This document shows, one piece after another, positions 1-9,462 of a stretch of DNA of 64,000 bases (position 1 is the stretch's first letter; every line of letters begins with the position of its first letter). The notes below the pieces were generated by a model. That model saw only the letters and a list, made by a program, of their open reading frames with translations. It made no database searches and was not told the origin of the DNA. This DNA is from Sphingobacteriaceae bacterium (GTDB taxonomy: Bacteria > Bacteroidota > Bacteroidia > Sphingobacteriales > Sphingobacteriaceae): assembly GCA_019751895.1 (NCBI GenBank), contig JAIEMU010000140.1, positions 1,819 to 65,818 on the forward strand. Direction: 5' to 3'. The translations under genes and the position numbers were made by a program.

Positions 1-337
1 AGCCAAATAACCCTGTAGAAATGTGTTTTTCTTCAGCCTCAGTTTTTTTGACAAAACATTTTTTGAAATTTTCTAAAGCATCAATTAACTTAAAATCGGT
101 GCTTTCGTTTTGCAATCCATCAGGAAAGTAGGTTTGCAATTTGTTTTCTTTTAAAATGATACCCGCAACAGGCTCGGCACAAACATAGCTAGTTGCATTT
201 TCTCGACTATGATAGTCTGAACTTTCCAATAAAATAGTATTCGGAAATACATCTCGCAATCGCAAGTAAATGCTAACAGGCGTGGTAATGTCGGCAAGAC
301 ATTTTTTAGAATTGGTATTAATTTGATATGTATTCAT
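1..337 (-). CDS. trpE: Anthranilate synthase component I, 5' part (runs off window)
   Basis: Manual translation from ATG at 337: MNTYQINTNSKKCLADITTPVSIYLRLRDVFPNTILLESSDYHSREN. The ADxxTPV and LLES motifs are typical of TrpE, and a Trp leader precedes it. Confidence 0.9.
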   Translation of the reverse strand, partial: MNTYQINTNSKKCLADITTPVSIYLRLRDVFPNTILLESSDYHSRENATSYVCAEPVAGIILKENKLQTYFPDGLQNESTDFKLIDALENFKKCFVKKTEAEEKHISTGLFG

Positions 338-350
338 TTTCTTTTAAAAT

Positions 351-380
351 AAAAAAACCCAACGAAATTCGTCGGGTTTA
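351..380 (-). terminator. Attenuator terminator hairpin upstream of trpE
   Basis: Minus strand AAACCCGACGAATTTCGTTGGGTTTTTTT: stem-loop plus U-tract between the leader peptide and the trpE start. Confidence 0.8.
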
Positions 381-426
381 ATTGTTAGTTTAGGTTGATA
401 AATTATAATTTAAACAATATGCACAG

Positions 427-489
427 CTACACGAAAACCCTTTTTATAGAATTACCCTGCCAATGCCATGTATGTTTTTTGTTAATCAT
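427..489 (-). CDS. trpL: Trp leader peptide (Bacteroid-trp type attenuator)
   Basis: 20-aa ORF MINKKHTWHWQGNSIKRVFV* with two Trp codons, directly upstream of the terminator and trpE; TACTTTTG -7 box at 496-503. Confidence 0.85.
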   Translation of the reverse strand: MINKKHTWHWQGNSIKRVFV

Positions 490-604
490 CGAACGCAAAA
501 GTATAACTATTTTTTACAAAGAGAAATTTTTAGTGAATTAAATTATTTTAATAAGTAAAAACTGTCACATCACGAAGCTTTCGGAAGGAAAACAGTACAA
601 AAAC

Positions 605-637
605 AAAACCCCTTAATGCGTTTAACATTAAGGGGTT
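605..637 (-). terminator. Intrinsic terminator after tRNA-Met
   Basis: AACCCCTTAATG-loop-CATTAAGGGGTT followed by a T-rich tract on the minus strand. Confidence 0.8.
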
Positions 638-641
638 AGAT

Positions 642-718
642 TGGTAGCGGGGAGCAGAATCGAACTGCCGACCTCAGGGTTATGAATCCTGCGCTCTAAC
701 CATCTGAGCTACCCCGCC
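642..718 (-). tRNA. tRNA-Met (CAT), probably elongator
   Basis: GGCGGGGTAGCTCAGATGGTTAGAGCGCAGGATTCATAACCCTGAGGTCGGCAGTTCGATTCTGCTCCCCGCTACCA: cloverleaf, CAT anticodon, TTCGA T-loop, encoded CCA. Confidence 0.93.
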
Positions 719-805
719 GTTAAAAGTTATTTTTAAGAGTTGCAAATATAGAATAAATTACTTTTCTTTAGAAACAAAATGTAGAAAATTTATAAATTAA
801 TTAAA

Positions 806-1186
806 ATGGCAGATAAAAAGAAGTTCACGATTGAGTATGAAATCAAATCTTCACCACGCATACTTTTTAGTTTTATTAGTGAACCTAATGGTTTGGCTCA
901 ATGGTTTGCAGATGATGTAAATTACAGAGATCAAATCTATACTTTTACTTGGGATGGTGAATCTCAAAAAGCTAAAATGACAAGTTTGAAAGACAATAAG
1001 TCGGTGAAATTTAAGTGGGTTGATGATGAGCCACAGTATTTTTTTGAGATGGAAATTGTGCAAGACGAATTAACCAATGACGTAGCGCTTTCGATAACAG
1101 ATTTTGCAACAGAAGAGACGCTTGATGAAAAAAAATCTATTTGGGACAACCAAATTGATTATTTACTAGGTGTAATTGGCGCCTAA
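806..1186 (+). CDS. START-like/SRPBCC (AHSA1-like) domain protein
   Basis: GLAQWFADDV...FTWDG pattern of Bacteroidota START-like proteins. Confidence 0.75.
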   Translation: MADKKKFTIEYEIKSSPRILFSFISEPNGLAQWFADDVNYRDQIYTFTWDGESQKAKMTSLKDNKSVKFKWVDDEPQYFFEMEIVQDELTNDVALSITDFATEETLDEKKSIWDNQIDYLLGVIGA

Positions 1187-1215
1187 GTTTCGCTTGCTTT
1201 AACTATATTTGTAGC

Positions 1216-2649
1216 TTGAAAAAGATACACATATTTATTATTAAGTCATTTATTAGGCCTTTTATCGTTACGTTTTGTATCGTAATGTTTATCCTATTGA
1301 TGTTTGTGTTGTTTAAATACATAGACGATTTATTAGGTAAAGGCTTAGAATGGTATGTTATTTTTGAAGTGATGTTTTATGCCTCTGCTACAAACGTAGC
1401 CATGGCGTTACCACTCTCTGTTTTGTTGGCTTCCATCATGACCTTCGGAAATCTCGGAGAAAACTATGAATTGGTGGCGATAAAATCGGCAGGTATTTCT
1501 TTGAAAAATGCAATGGCTCCACTTTTTGTGTTGGTCATTGGATTGTCTTTGGCTTCTTTTGCCTTTTCAGATTATATTTTGCCTAAAGCAAATTTAAAAT
1601 ACGGCTCTTTGCTATATGATATTAGAGGCAAAAAACTTTCTTTTATGCTCAAAGAAGGTGTTTTCAACAATAGTATTCCCAATTATTCTATTCGTATTGA
1701 TAAGAAAAGCCCTGATGGGAATTCGCTGTATGGTGTTATGATTTATGACCATACAAGCAATTTGTCAGTTCCCAAAATTATTATTGCCAAAGAAGGAAAG
1801 CTGTACAAAACCAATGGAGACAGTGCGGTTGTTTTCAAACTCAAAGATGGCATTCGGTATGAAGAAGCCTCTGGAAATGGCTCTTATGACCCTAGGCAGC
1901 AATTTTATCGCATGCGTTTTAAAGAAACAGAACAAAAGTTCGATTTTTCGATTTTCAAAATGAAACGAACGGAGGAAAATAGCTTTAAAAACGAAACGCA
2001 AATGTTGAATTTAAAAGGCTTGGTTCACAAACAAGACTCCCTTAAAAAGAATTTAGATAGCACAAATACATACATCAAAAATAGCCTTAGCAGTTATTAC
2101 AAGCAAAGTTATTATGTGAAAGGATACAGTAAAATAAAGACAAAGGCTTTTCCGCTAAAAAAAGGTTCGATTTTAGATGTGATTCCGAAAACAGATAGAT
2201 TAAGAGCTGCGCAATCAGGCTTTGACCAAGCCGAAAGCATTAGGGTGTCTTTAAATAATTTATTGGAAAATCATGCGCAACAGCGCATTGAAATTACCCG
2301 TACAGAGGTAGAGTATCAACGAAAATTTATTTTGGCAGCATCTTGTTTGTTGTTATTTTGTATCGGCGCTCCATTGGGTGCTATTATTCGAAAAGGAGGG
2401 TTAGGGTTGCCCGTTGTGATGGCAGTAGTGTTCTTTTTAATCTTTCATGTGATTAGCGTGGTGTCCGAAAAATCGGCGAAAGAAGGCTCTTTAACGGTGT
2501 TTTTTGGGATGTGGATGGCGATTATTTTACTTACACCCGTAGCGGCTTTTCTTACCTATAAAGCCACGGTCGATTCAGCGCTATTTGATTTGAGTACTTA
2601 TACAAGGAAATTTGCTGCGGTGGGTAATTTGTTTAGGAGAAAGAAATAG
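1216..2649 (+). CDS. lptF: LptF/LptG family LPS export permease
   Basis: 3+3 TM layout; GNLGENYELVAIKSAGIS and IGAPLGAIIRKGG motifs; TTG start. Confidence 0.88.
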   Translation: MKKIHIFIIKSFIRPFIVTFCIVMFILLMFVLFKYIDDLLGKGLEWYVIFEVMFYASATNVAMALPLSVLLASIMTFGNLGENYELVAIKSAGISLKNAMAPLFVLVIGLSLASFAFSDYILPKANLKYGSLLYDIRGKKLSFMLKEGVFNNSIPNYSIRIDKKSPDGNSLYGVMIYDHTSNLSVPKIIIAKEGKLYKTNGDSAVVFKLKDGIRYEEASGNGSYDPRQQFYRMRFKETEQKFDFSIFKMKRTEENSFKNETQMLNLKGLVHKQDSLKKNLDSTNTYIKNSLSSYYKQSYYVKGYSKIKTKAFPLKKGSILDVIPKTDRLRAAQSGFDQAESIRVSLNNLLENHAQQRIEITRTEVEYQRKFILAASCLLLFCIGAPLGAIIRKGGLGLPVVMAVVFFLIFHVISVVSEKSAKEGSLTVFFGMWMAIILLTPVAAFLTYKATVDSALFDLSTYTRKFAAVGNLFRRKK

Positions 2650-2678
2650 ATTTATACCTTTTAAGCAAGATATAAAAC

Positions 2679-2716
2679 AAAAAAACCAAATATGAAAGTC
2701 ATATTTGGTTTTTTTT
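2679..2716. terminator. Bidirectional terminator between convergent lptF and metK
   Basis: AAAAAAACCAAATATGA-AAG-TCATATTTGGTTTTTTTT. Confidence 0.85.
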
Positions 2717-2733
2717 ATAAATGGATTAAAAAT

Positions 2734-3984
2734 TTATAAAGAAAAAGCAGCTTTTACTTGATCTACATAATCTAATTTTTCCCAAGTAAACAGTTCTACC
2801 GTAACCGTTTTTTCTTCGCCGTTCGGTGATTTGAAAGTTTTGGTTATTGTTTCATTTTTACGTCCCATGTGGCCATAAGCCGCTGTTTCGCTGTAAATAG
2901 GGTTTCTTAATTTCAAGCGTTGCTCAATAAAGTATGGGCGCATATCGAATATACTTTCTACAATTTTAGCAATCTCTCCATCGGTTTTGTTTACTTTGTT
3001 GCTTCCATAAGTATTGATGTAAATTCCCATTGGTTTAGCTACACCAATGGCATAACTTACTTGAACCAAAATTTCATCTGCTACGCCAGCCGCAACCAAG
3101 TTTTTAGCGATGTGACGAGTAGCATAAGCCGCACTTCTATCTACTTTGCTTGGGTCTTTTCCGCTAAAAGCGCCACCACCGTGAGCACCTTTGCCTCCGT
3201 AAGTATCTACAATAATTTTTCTACCTGTTAAACCAGTATCTCCGTGAGGACCACCAATTACAAATTTACCCGTTGGGTTGATGTGGTATTGAATTTTATC
3301 GTTGAATAAGTGGGCTACTTGTGGGTTGTTTTTTATAATTCTTGGAATTAAAATCCCTACAATGTCGGATTTTATTTTTGCCAACATTTTTTCTTCAGCA
3401 TCAAAATCATCATGCTGTGTAGAAACCACGATGGCATCGATACGTATAGGCTTGTTGTTGTCGTCGTATTCTAAGGTTACTTGTGATTTTGCATCAGGGC
3501 GTAAATACGTAATTTCTTTGTTTTCACGACGTAAAATTGCCAACTCTTGTAAAATTTTGTGTGATAAATCTAAAGCCAAAGGCATTAAATTTTCGGTTTC
3601 GTTGCTTGCATAACCAAACATCATACCTTGGTCGCCAGCACCTTGTTCTTCTTTGTTGGCTTTATCTACTCCTTGGTTAATGTCTTGCGATTGCTCATGA
3701 ATTGCAGATAAAATACCGCAAGAATTAGCTTCAAACATGTATTCGCTTTTTGTGTAACCAATTTTTTTGATTACATCTCTTGCAATTTGTTGAACATCTA
3801 AATAGGTTTTAGACTTCACTTCTCCTGCCAAGATTACCTGACCAGTAGTTACCAAAGTTTCACAAGCTACCTTTGATTCGGCATCAAAAGCTAGGAAATT
3901 GTCAATTAGGGCATCTGAAATTTGATCTGCAATTTTATCTGGGTGCCCTTCAGATACAGATTCTGATGTAAATAAATACGACAT
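2734..3984 (-). CDS. metK: S-adenosylmethionine synthetase
   Basis: [19 protein letters not shown] and GGGAFSGKD signatures. Confidence 0.98.
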   Translation of the reverse strand: MSYLFTSESVSEGHPDKIADQISDALIDNFLAFDAESKVACETLVTTGQVILAGEVKSKTYLDVQQIARDVIKKIGYTKSEYMFEANSCGILSAIHEQSQDINQGVDKANKEEQGAGDQGMMFGYASNETENLMPLALDLSHKILQELAILRRENKEITYLRPDAKSQVTLEYDDNNKPIRIDAIVVSTQHDDFDAEEKMLAKIKSDIVGILIPRIIKNNPQVAHLFNDKIQYHINPTGKFVIGGPHGDTGLTGRKIIVDTYGGKGAHGGGAFSGKDPSKVDRSAAYATRHIAKNLVAAGVADEILVQVSYAIGVAKPMGIYINTYGSNKVNKTDGEIAKIVESIFDMRPYFIEQRLKLRNPIYSETAAYGHMGRKNETITKTFKSPNGEEKTVTVELFTWEKLDYVDQVKAAFSL

Positions 3985-4060
3985 TACTTAAATTAATTAA
4001 AAGGTTAAATAATATGTAGGCTGATTCCTGATTAAACAGGCGATAAATAGAAGTGTAGAA

Positions 4061-4134
4061 TTGTTTTAGCACTTTTTTTTAACGTGGTTGCAATCTAATC
4101 TTTGAAATTCAAAGACAATACAAATCAGTCCACT
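4061..4134 (-). ncRNA. SAM-II (long-loop type) riboswitch in the metK leader
   Basis: Minus strand GTGG-ACTGATTT...TTGCAA-CCAC...GCTAAAAC matches the SAM-II core (CUGAUUU / UUGCAA / GCUAAA) with a GTGG/CCAC P1 and an inserted hairpin TCTTTGAATTTCAAAGA; lies upstream of metK. Confidence 0.8.
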
Positions 4135-4192
4135 TTTTATAATGGCACAAAAATACTATTTAATTATTAATAGTCAAAAAATATAGATTAAT

Positions 4193-5089
4193 TTGTGCCA
4201 AAAAATAAAAGACGTGAAAAAGAACATTTTGTTTGTCATTAATCCAATATCTGGCGGAAAATCAAAAAAGGATTTGCCAACGCTTATTCATAATTTTTTA
4301 AATCTTGAAAAATTCAATCCAAGCTATGTTTTTACAGAGTACGAAGGGCACGCTACGGAATTAACAGCAGAGGCTTTAAAAAATGGAATCGATATTGCGG
4401 TGGCTGTGGGTGGAGATGGAACCATCAACGAGGTGGCAACGGCGGTGGTAAAAACAGATAAAATTTTAGGCATTATCCCTTTGGGCTCTGGAAATGGTTT
4501 GGCACGATTTTTAAAAATCCCTTTAAGCGTAAAATCTGCAATTGAGGTGATTAATCAATTAAAAACAGATAAAATTGATACGGCTTTGCTAAATGACAAA
4601 CCATTTTTCAACATGGCAGGCGTAGGTTTCGATGCGCATATTAGTCACGTTTTTGCAGGAAATTCAAAAAGAGGTTTGTCAACCTATATAAAATTAGGGT
4701 TTTCCGAAATTCTGGACTACAAGCCACAGGCGTATCAAATTAACATCGATGGGGTGGATTATCACCAATCTGCTTTCGCAATTAGCATCGCCAATTCATC
4801 TCAGTATGGCAACAATGTGCACATTTCGCCTTTGGCTTCGGTAAAAGACGGTTGGCTTGATGTTTGTATTATTAAACCTTTCGAGCTCTACAAAATGCCT
4901 TTGTTTGCGATGCGTGTTTTGGTAAAAAATGCCGAAAAAAGCAATATGTTGGACATTATTAAAGCTAAAAAAATACAAATTAGCATGGCAAAACCTTCTG
5001 CAATACATTTGGATGGAGAGCCTTCGGGCTTTACAAGCTCGATGAATATTGAAATTAAAGAAAATAGTTTGAATGTGCTGATACCTTAA
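4193..5089 (+). CDS. Diacylglycerol kinase family lipid kinase (YegS/BmrU-like); true start may be GTG at 4214
   Basis: NPISG, GGDGT, PLGSGN and DGE motifs. Confidence 0.9.
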   Translation: MCQKIKDVKKNILFVINPISGGKSKKDLPTLIHNFLNLEKFNPSYVFTEYEGHATELTAEALKNGIDIAVAVGGDGTINEVATAVVKTDKILGIIPLGSGNGLARFLKIPLSVKSAIEVINQLKTDKIDTALLNDKPFFNMAGVGFDAHISHVFAGNSKRGLSTYIKLGFSEILDYKPQAYQINIDGVDYHQSAFAISIANSSQYGNNVHISPLASVKDGWLDVCIIKPFELYKMPLFAMRVLVKNAEKSNMLDIIKAKKIQISMAKPSAIHLDGEPSGFTSSMNIEIKENSLNVLIP

Positions 5090-5101
5090 TATATAATAGT
5101 A

Positions 5102-5455
5102 ATGAAATCTAAAAAAATGGGATTAAACGATTTGGGTGGAATTATGTTTTCAACCGACAGTAATTATGTGTTTGAAAACAACGATAACCTAGAAGACGCA
5201 ACCTTGCCCAATCAGCAACAAGATTTGAGGGTTACCTTGGATAAAAAAAATCGTGGAGGCAAAGCGGTTACTTTAATTACGGGTTTTGTGGGCAGTGCAA
5301 CAGATTTAGAAACCTTAGCTAAAATGCTAAAAACAAAATGTGGTGTAGGTGGGGCCGCAAAAGACAATCAGATACTTATTCAAGGAGATTTTAGAGATAA
5401 GGTGCTCCAAATTTTACAAAAGGAGAATTTTAAAGTTAAAAAAAGCGGCGGCTAG
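5102..5455 (+). CDS. yciH: SUI1/YciH translation initiation factor
   Basis: RGGKAVTLITG...LKTKCGVGG...IQGD. Confidence 0.92.
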   Translation: MKSKKMGLNDLGGIMFSTDSNYVFENNDNLEDATLPNQQQDLRVTLDKKNRGGKAVTLITGFVGSATDLETLAKMLKTKCGVGGAAKDNQILIQGDFRDKVLQILQKENFKVKKSGG

Positions 5456-5588
5456 TTTTTGATATAATTGCCTGATAAAAAGCAATTTGTTTCTTAGTGT
5501 AATACCAACAATAAGTAAATTTTTTTATCAAATCACTTTCATACTCTTAATATGTACTTAACTTTGTCGGATATTTAACTAAAATTTT

Positions 5589-7181
5589 ATGTCTAACTCT
5601 ACAAAAAGTACACCTAATTTAAGCTATTTAAATTTAAATAAAGCGAATGTAAAATACCAATTAACCCCAGCGGAATTGGTAGAAGAAGCGTTGAAAAACA
5701 ACGAAGGCTCTTTGGCCGATTCAGGCGCATTGGCTATCGACACAGGGAAATTTACTGGGCGTTCGCCAAAAGATAGATTTGTTGTTTGTGACGACTTAAC
5801 CGAAAACACCGTTTTTTGGGGCGACATCAATATAAAAATTAGTCCAGCTCATTTTGATGGTTTATTTGAAAAAATGACCAATTACATTGCTCAAAAAGAC
5901 ATTTACGTAAGAGATGCTTATGCTTGCGCCGATGAAAATTATAAAATGAGCATTCGGGTGATTACCGAAAAAGCATATCAAAACTTATTTGCCAACAATT
6001 TGTTTTTGAGATATGATAACAACGAAATGCCAAACACACCCGAATGGACCATTATCGCCATTCCTTCTTTTTTAGCCAATCCAACTGAAGACGGAACTAG
6101 ACAAGAAAATTTTTCAATCTTAAATTTCTCGAAAAAAATTATTTTAATTGGAGGCACCGGCTATACTGGGGAGATTAAAAAAGGCATTTTTTCGGTCTTA
6201 AATTATATTCTTCCCTTGCAAAAAAACACTTTGTCTATGCACTGCTCGGCAAATGTGGGCGATAATGGAGACACAGCCATCTTTTTTGGACTGTCGGGAA
6301 CAGGAAAAACAACCCTATCAGCCGATGCAAGCAGACACTTAATCGGTGATGATGAACATGGCTGGGGAGATAAATCCGTGTTTAACTTTGAAGGCGGTTG
6401 TTATGCCAAATGCGTGGATTTAACCGCAGAAAAAGAACCTGAAATTTTTAATGCCATCAAAACGGGTTCTTTATTAGAAAACATTAACTTTTTTGAGAAC
6501 ACAAACACGGTTGATTTTTCTAATATCGACAAAACCGAAAACACAAGGGTAGCGTATCCTATTAATTACATTGCAAACTCATTAAAACCATCCATCGCAC
6601 CGGTACCTAAAAATATATTTTTCTTAACCGCTGATGCCTTTGGCGTATTGCCTCCAATCTCAAAATTAACACCTGGTCAGGCGATGTTTCACTTCATTTC
6701 TGGCTACACAGCAAAAGTTGCAGGCACAGAGGCGGGTGTAACAGAACCACAGTTGACCTTCTCGGCATGTTTTGGAAAAGCGTTTTTACCATTACACCCT
6801 ACCAAGTACGCAGATTTGTTGGGGAAAAAAATGCAAGAGAATAAAGTTAATGTATGGTTGATAAACACTGGCTGGAGTGGTGGCGCTTATGGTGTAGGAA
6901 AAAGAATGAAATTGGCCTATACCCGAGCAATGATTACTGCGGCATTAAACAATGAACTTGACCAAGTGGAATACGAAATGCATGAAACTTTTGGCTTTAT
7001 GATGCCAAAAAGCTGTCCAAACGTTCCTGCTGAAATATTAAACCCAAGAAATACTTGGGAAGATAAAGCCGCTTATGATGAAAAAGTAAATCAACTGGCG
7101 ATTGCATTTTTAGATAATTTCAAACAATTTGAAGCCTTTTCAAATGACGAAATTTTAGCGGCATTGCCAAAAGTGAAATAA
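5589..7181 (+). CDS. pckA: Phosphoenolpyruvate carboxykinase (ATP)
   Basis: TGRSPKD, GLSGTGKTT, LIGDDEHGW and NFEGGCYAK motifs. Confidence 0.98.
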   Translation: MSNSTKSTPNLSYLNLNKANVKYQLTPAELVEEALKNNEGSLADSGALAIDTGKFTGRSPKDRFVVCDDLTENTVFWGDINIKISPAHFDGLFEKMTNYIAQKDIYVRDAYACADENYKMSIRVITEKAYQNLFANNLFLRYDNNEMPNTPEWTIIAIPSFLANPTEDGTRQENFSILNFSKKIILIGGTGYTGEIKKGIFSVLNYILPLQKNTLSMHCSANVGDNGDTAIFFGLSGTGKTTLSADASRHLIGDDEHGWGDKSVFNFEGGCYAKCVDLTAEKEPEIFNAIKTGSLLENINFFENTNTVDFSNIDKTENTRVAYPINYIANSLKPSIAPVPKNIFFLTADAFGVLPPISKLTPGQAMFHFISGYTAKVAGTEAGVTEPQLTFSACFGKAFLPLHPTKYADLLGKKMQENKVNVWLINTGWSGGAYGVGKRMKLAYTRAMITAALNNELDQVEYEMHETFGFMMPKSCPNVPAEILNPRNTWEDKAAYDEKVNQLAIAFLDNFKQFEAFSNDEILAALPKVK

Positions 7182-7357
7182 TTTAAAAGAAAGAATTAAA
7201 AAATATTTTTGATTTTATATTTGCATATATCTTTTTTTTTCGGTTTAATTGTGAAATTATTTCTGACGAATAAAATAGATGTACTTCAATTCAGAAATAA
7301 ATAAAAACAAATTAGGCTAAAAAATAAAAACATTAACAAAATTAAAAACTAAAAAAA

Positions 7358-8185
7358 ATGTCAAACGCACCAAAAACAGCAGCAGTTAAAAAAGAAAGCT
7401 CAAGCGCATCAGGATTGTTTTCAACCCTAGTAATTCCAATTTGTTTAATCATTGGAGTTTTAATTTTTATGTTTGTAATGGGAGACCCAGCAAACTTTAC
7501 TGACCCATTAGAAAAACATCATCCAAAACCAAACAATTACATGGGTATGGCTTATGCTGGTGGTGTTATTGTGCCAATTTTAGTAGGTATGCTTTTAATG
7601 GTATTCGTGTTTTCTGTTGAGCGTTTAATCGTTATAGGAAAAGCAACAGGTAGTGGTAACTTAGATTCTTTTATCAAAAAAATTCAAGGTTTGTTAAACT
7701 CAAACAACATTGAAGGCGCTATGAGCGAATGTGATAAACAAAAAGGTTCGGTAGCAAACGTTATTAAATCTGGTTTAACTAAATATCGTGAAATGGAAGT
7801 TGACCAAAAAATGGATACTGAGCAAAAATGTTTAGCTATACAAAAATCTATAGAAGAGGCTACAACCTTAGAAATGCCAATGTTAGAGCAAAACTTAACC
7901 ATTATTGCTACATTGGTATCAGTAGGTACGTTATTAGGATTAATGGGTACTGTATCGGGTATGATTAAAGCCTTCGCAGGTTTGGCAAATTCAGGCGCAC
8001 CAGATCAAGCCGCATTAGCAAACGGTATTTCTGAAGCATTGATAAACACCTTAACAGGTATCAGTACCTCTGCCTTGGCAATTATCATGTACAATGTACT
8101 TACTTCTAAAATAGATAAATTGACTTATGCTATTGATGAGGCTGGTTTTAGCATCGTACAAACTTACGCTAGCACCCATAAATAA
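7358..8185 (+). CDS. exbB: MotA/TolQ/ExbB proton channel
   Basis: LLGLMGTVSGMIKAF...GISEALINT. Confidence 0.92.
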   Translation: MSNAPKTAAVKKESSSASGLFSTLVIPICLIIGVLIFMFVMGDPANFTDPLEKHHPKPNNYMGMAYAGGVIVPILVGMLLMVFVFSVERLIVIGKATGSGNLDSFIKKIQGLLNSNNIEGAMSECDKQKGSVANVIKSGLTKYREMEVDQKMDTEQKCLAIQKSIEEATTLEMPMLEQNLTIIATLVSVGTLLGLMGTVSGMIKAFAGLANSGAPDQAALANGISEALINTLTGISTSALAIIMYNVLTSKIDKLTYAIDEAGFSIVQTYASTHK

Positions 8186-8266
8186 AAATTATTTTATTTT
8201 TTTACTGGTTTTTATTGAAAACCAGAAAAATTAACATCATTACTAAAATAAATAATTTTTAATATT

Positions 8267-8890
8267 ATGGCAAGAGCAAAAGTTCCAAGAAAAAGCACAG
8301 CGATAGATATGACCGCTATGTGCGATGTGGCTTTCTTGTTGTTAACATTTTTTATATTAACAGCAACAGCCCGCCAACCAGACCCTGCAAATATTACAAC
8401 GCCTACTTCTACTTACGAAATAAAAGTTCCAGATAAAGATCTTGCGATATTGAGTATTGGTCATGGAAAAGTTTTCTTTGAAGTAATCGGTCAAGACATT
8501 AAGAGATATACCCTAGAAAAAATGGGTGAAACTTATGGCGTAACCTTTTCTGAAGAAGAGAAAAAACGTTTTGCTGTGTTAGGTTCTTTTGGTGTTCCAA
8601 TGAACCAGTTGAAGAATTTCATCAACATGAATGGTGAAGAACGTACCAAAACAACCATACAAACAGGTATTCCTACTTCGGATAGCACTTCTCGTGGAGA
8701 GTTGTATCAGTGGGTGTTACAATCGAGAATGGCTGTTGCAGCGTTACACAACGAGCGTATGAGTATCAGTATTAAAGGAGATTCGAAAGAAGAATATCCT
8801 ACGGTTAGAAAAATAATTGACATTCTACAAAAGCAAAAACAAAACAAATTTAGTTTAATCACCTCTCCAGAAGGAGCACCAAAAAAATAG
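8267..8890 (+). CDS. exbD: ExbD/TolR biopolymer transport protein (copy 1)
   Basis: IDMTAMCDVAFLLLTFFI TM with conserved Asp. Confidence 0.9.
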   Translation: MARAKVPRKSTAIDMTAMCDVAFLLLTFFILTATARQPDPANITTPTSTYEIKVPDKDLAILSIGHGKVFFEVIGQDIKRYTLEKMGETYGVTFSEEEKKRFAVLGSFGVPMNQLKNFINMNGEERTKTTIQTGIPTSDSTSRGELYQWVLQSRMAVAALHNERMSISIKGDSKEEYPTVRKIIDILQKQKQNKFSLITSPEGAPKK

Positions 8891-8894
8891 TAAG

Positions 8895-9443
8895 ATGGCA
8901 GAATTAGACACCTCCGGCGGGGGTAAAAAAGGTGGAAAAGTAAGGAGTAAAAAGCAATCAACCAGAGTAGATTTAACAGCGATGGTGGATTTAGCCTTCT
9001 TATTAATTACGTTTTTTATGTTAACCACAACACTATCTAAGCCCCTAGCAATGGAAATTGTTAAGCCAGATAAGGATGTTAAAAATAAAGACAATAAATT
9101 AGAGTTAAAAGCGTCTTCAACGATGACAATTTTGTTGGGTAAAGACAATAAATTAGCTTGGTACATGGGTGAAGCTGGTAAAAGCGCACCAACAATTGTT
9201 TCTTTCAATCAAATTAGAGCAGATATATTGGCTAATAAAAAGAAAGTAGCAGATATTGGTAATCCTAAAATGTCTTTAACGGTGATCATAAAACCTACAA
9301 GTGGATGTAATTATCAGAATTTTGTGGACATAATGGATGAGCTTAACATTGCAAAAATTGTTAATGCACCATCAATTGACGATGATCCAGAGCATTTGCT
9401 AGAAGGCGAAAAGCAAGCGATGAAAGCTGCTGGAATTTTATAA
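8895..9443 (+). CDS. exbD: ExbD/TolR biopolymer transport protein (copy 2)
   Basis: VDLTAMVDLAFLLITFFM. Confidence 0.9.
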   Translation: MAELDTSGGGKKGGKVRSKKQSTRVDLTAMVDLAFLLITFFMLTTTLSKPLAMEIVKPDKDVKNKDNKLELKASSTMTILLGKDNKLAWYMGEAGKSAPTIVSFNQIRADILANKKKVADIGNPKMSLTVIIKPTSGCNYQNFVDIMDELNIAKIVNAPSIDDDPEHLLEGEKQAMKAAGIL

Positions 9444-9462
9444 CAATTTAAAAATATTAACC

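Noticed and set aside
605-718. tRNA-Met as an island integration site
   Set aside because: Flanked by housekeeping genes; I saw no duplicated tRNA 3' end or integrase in the window.
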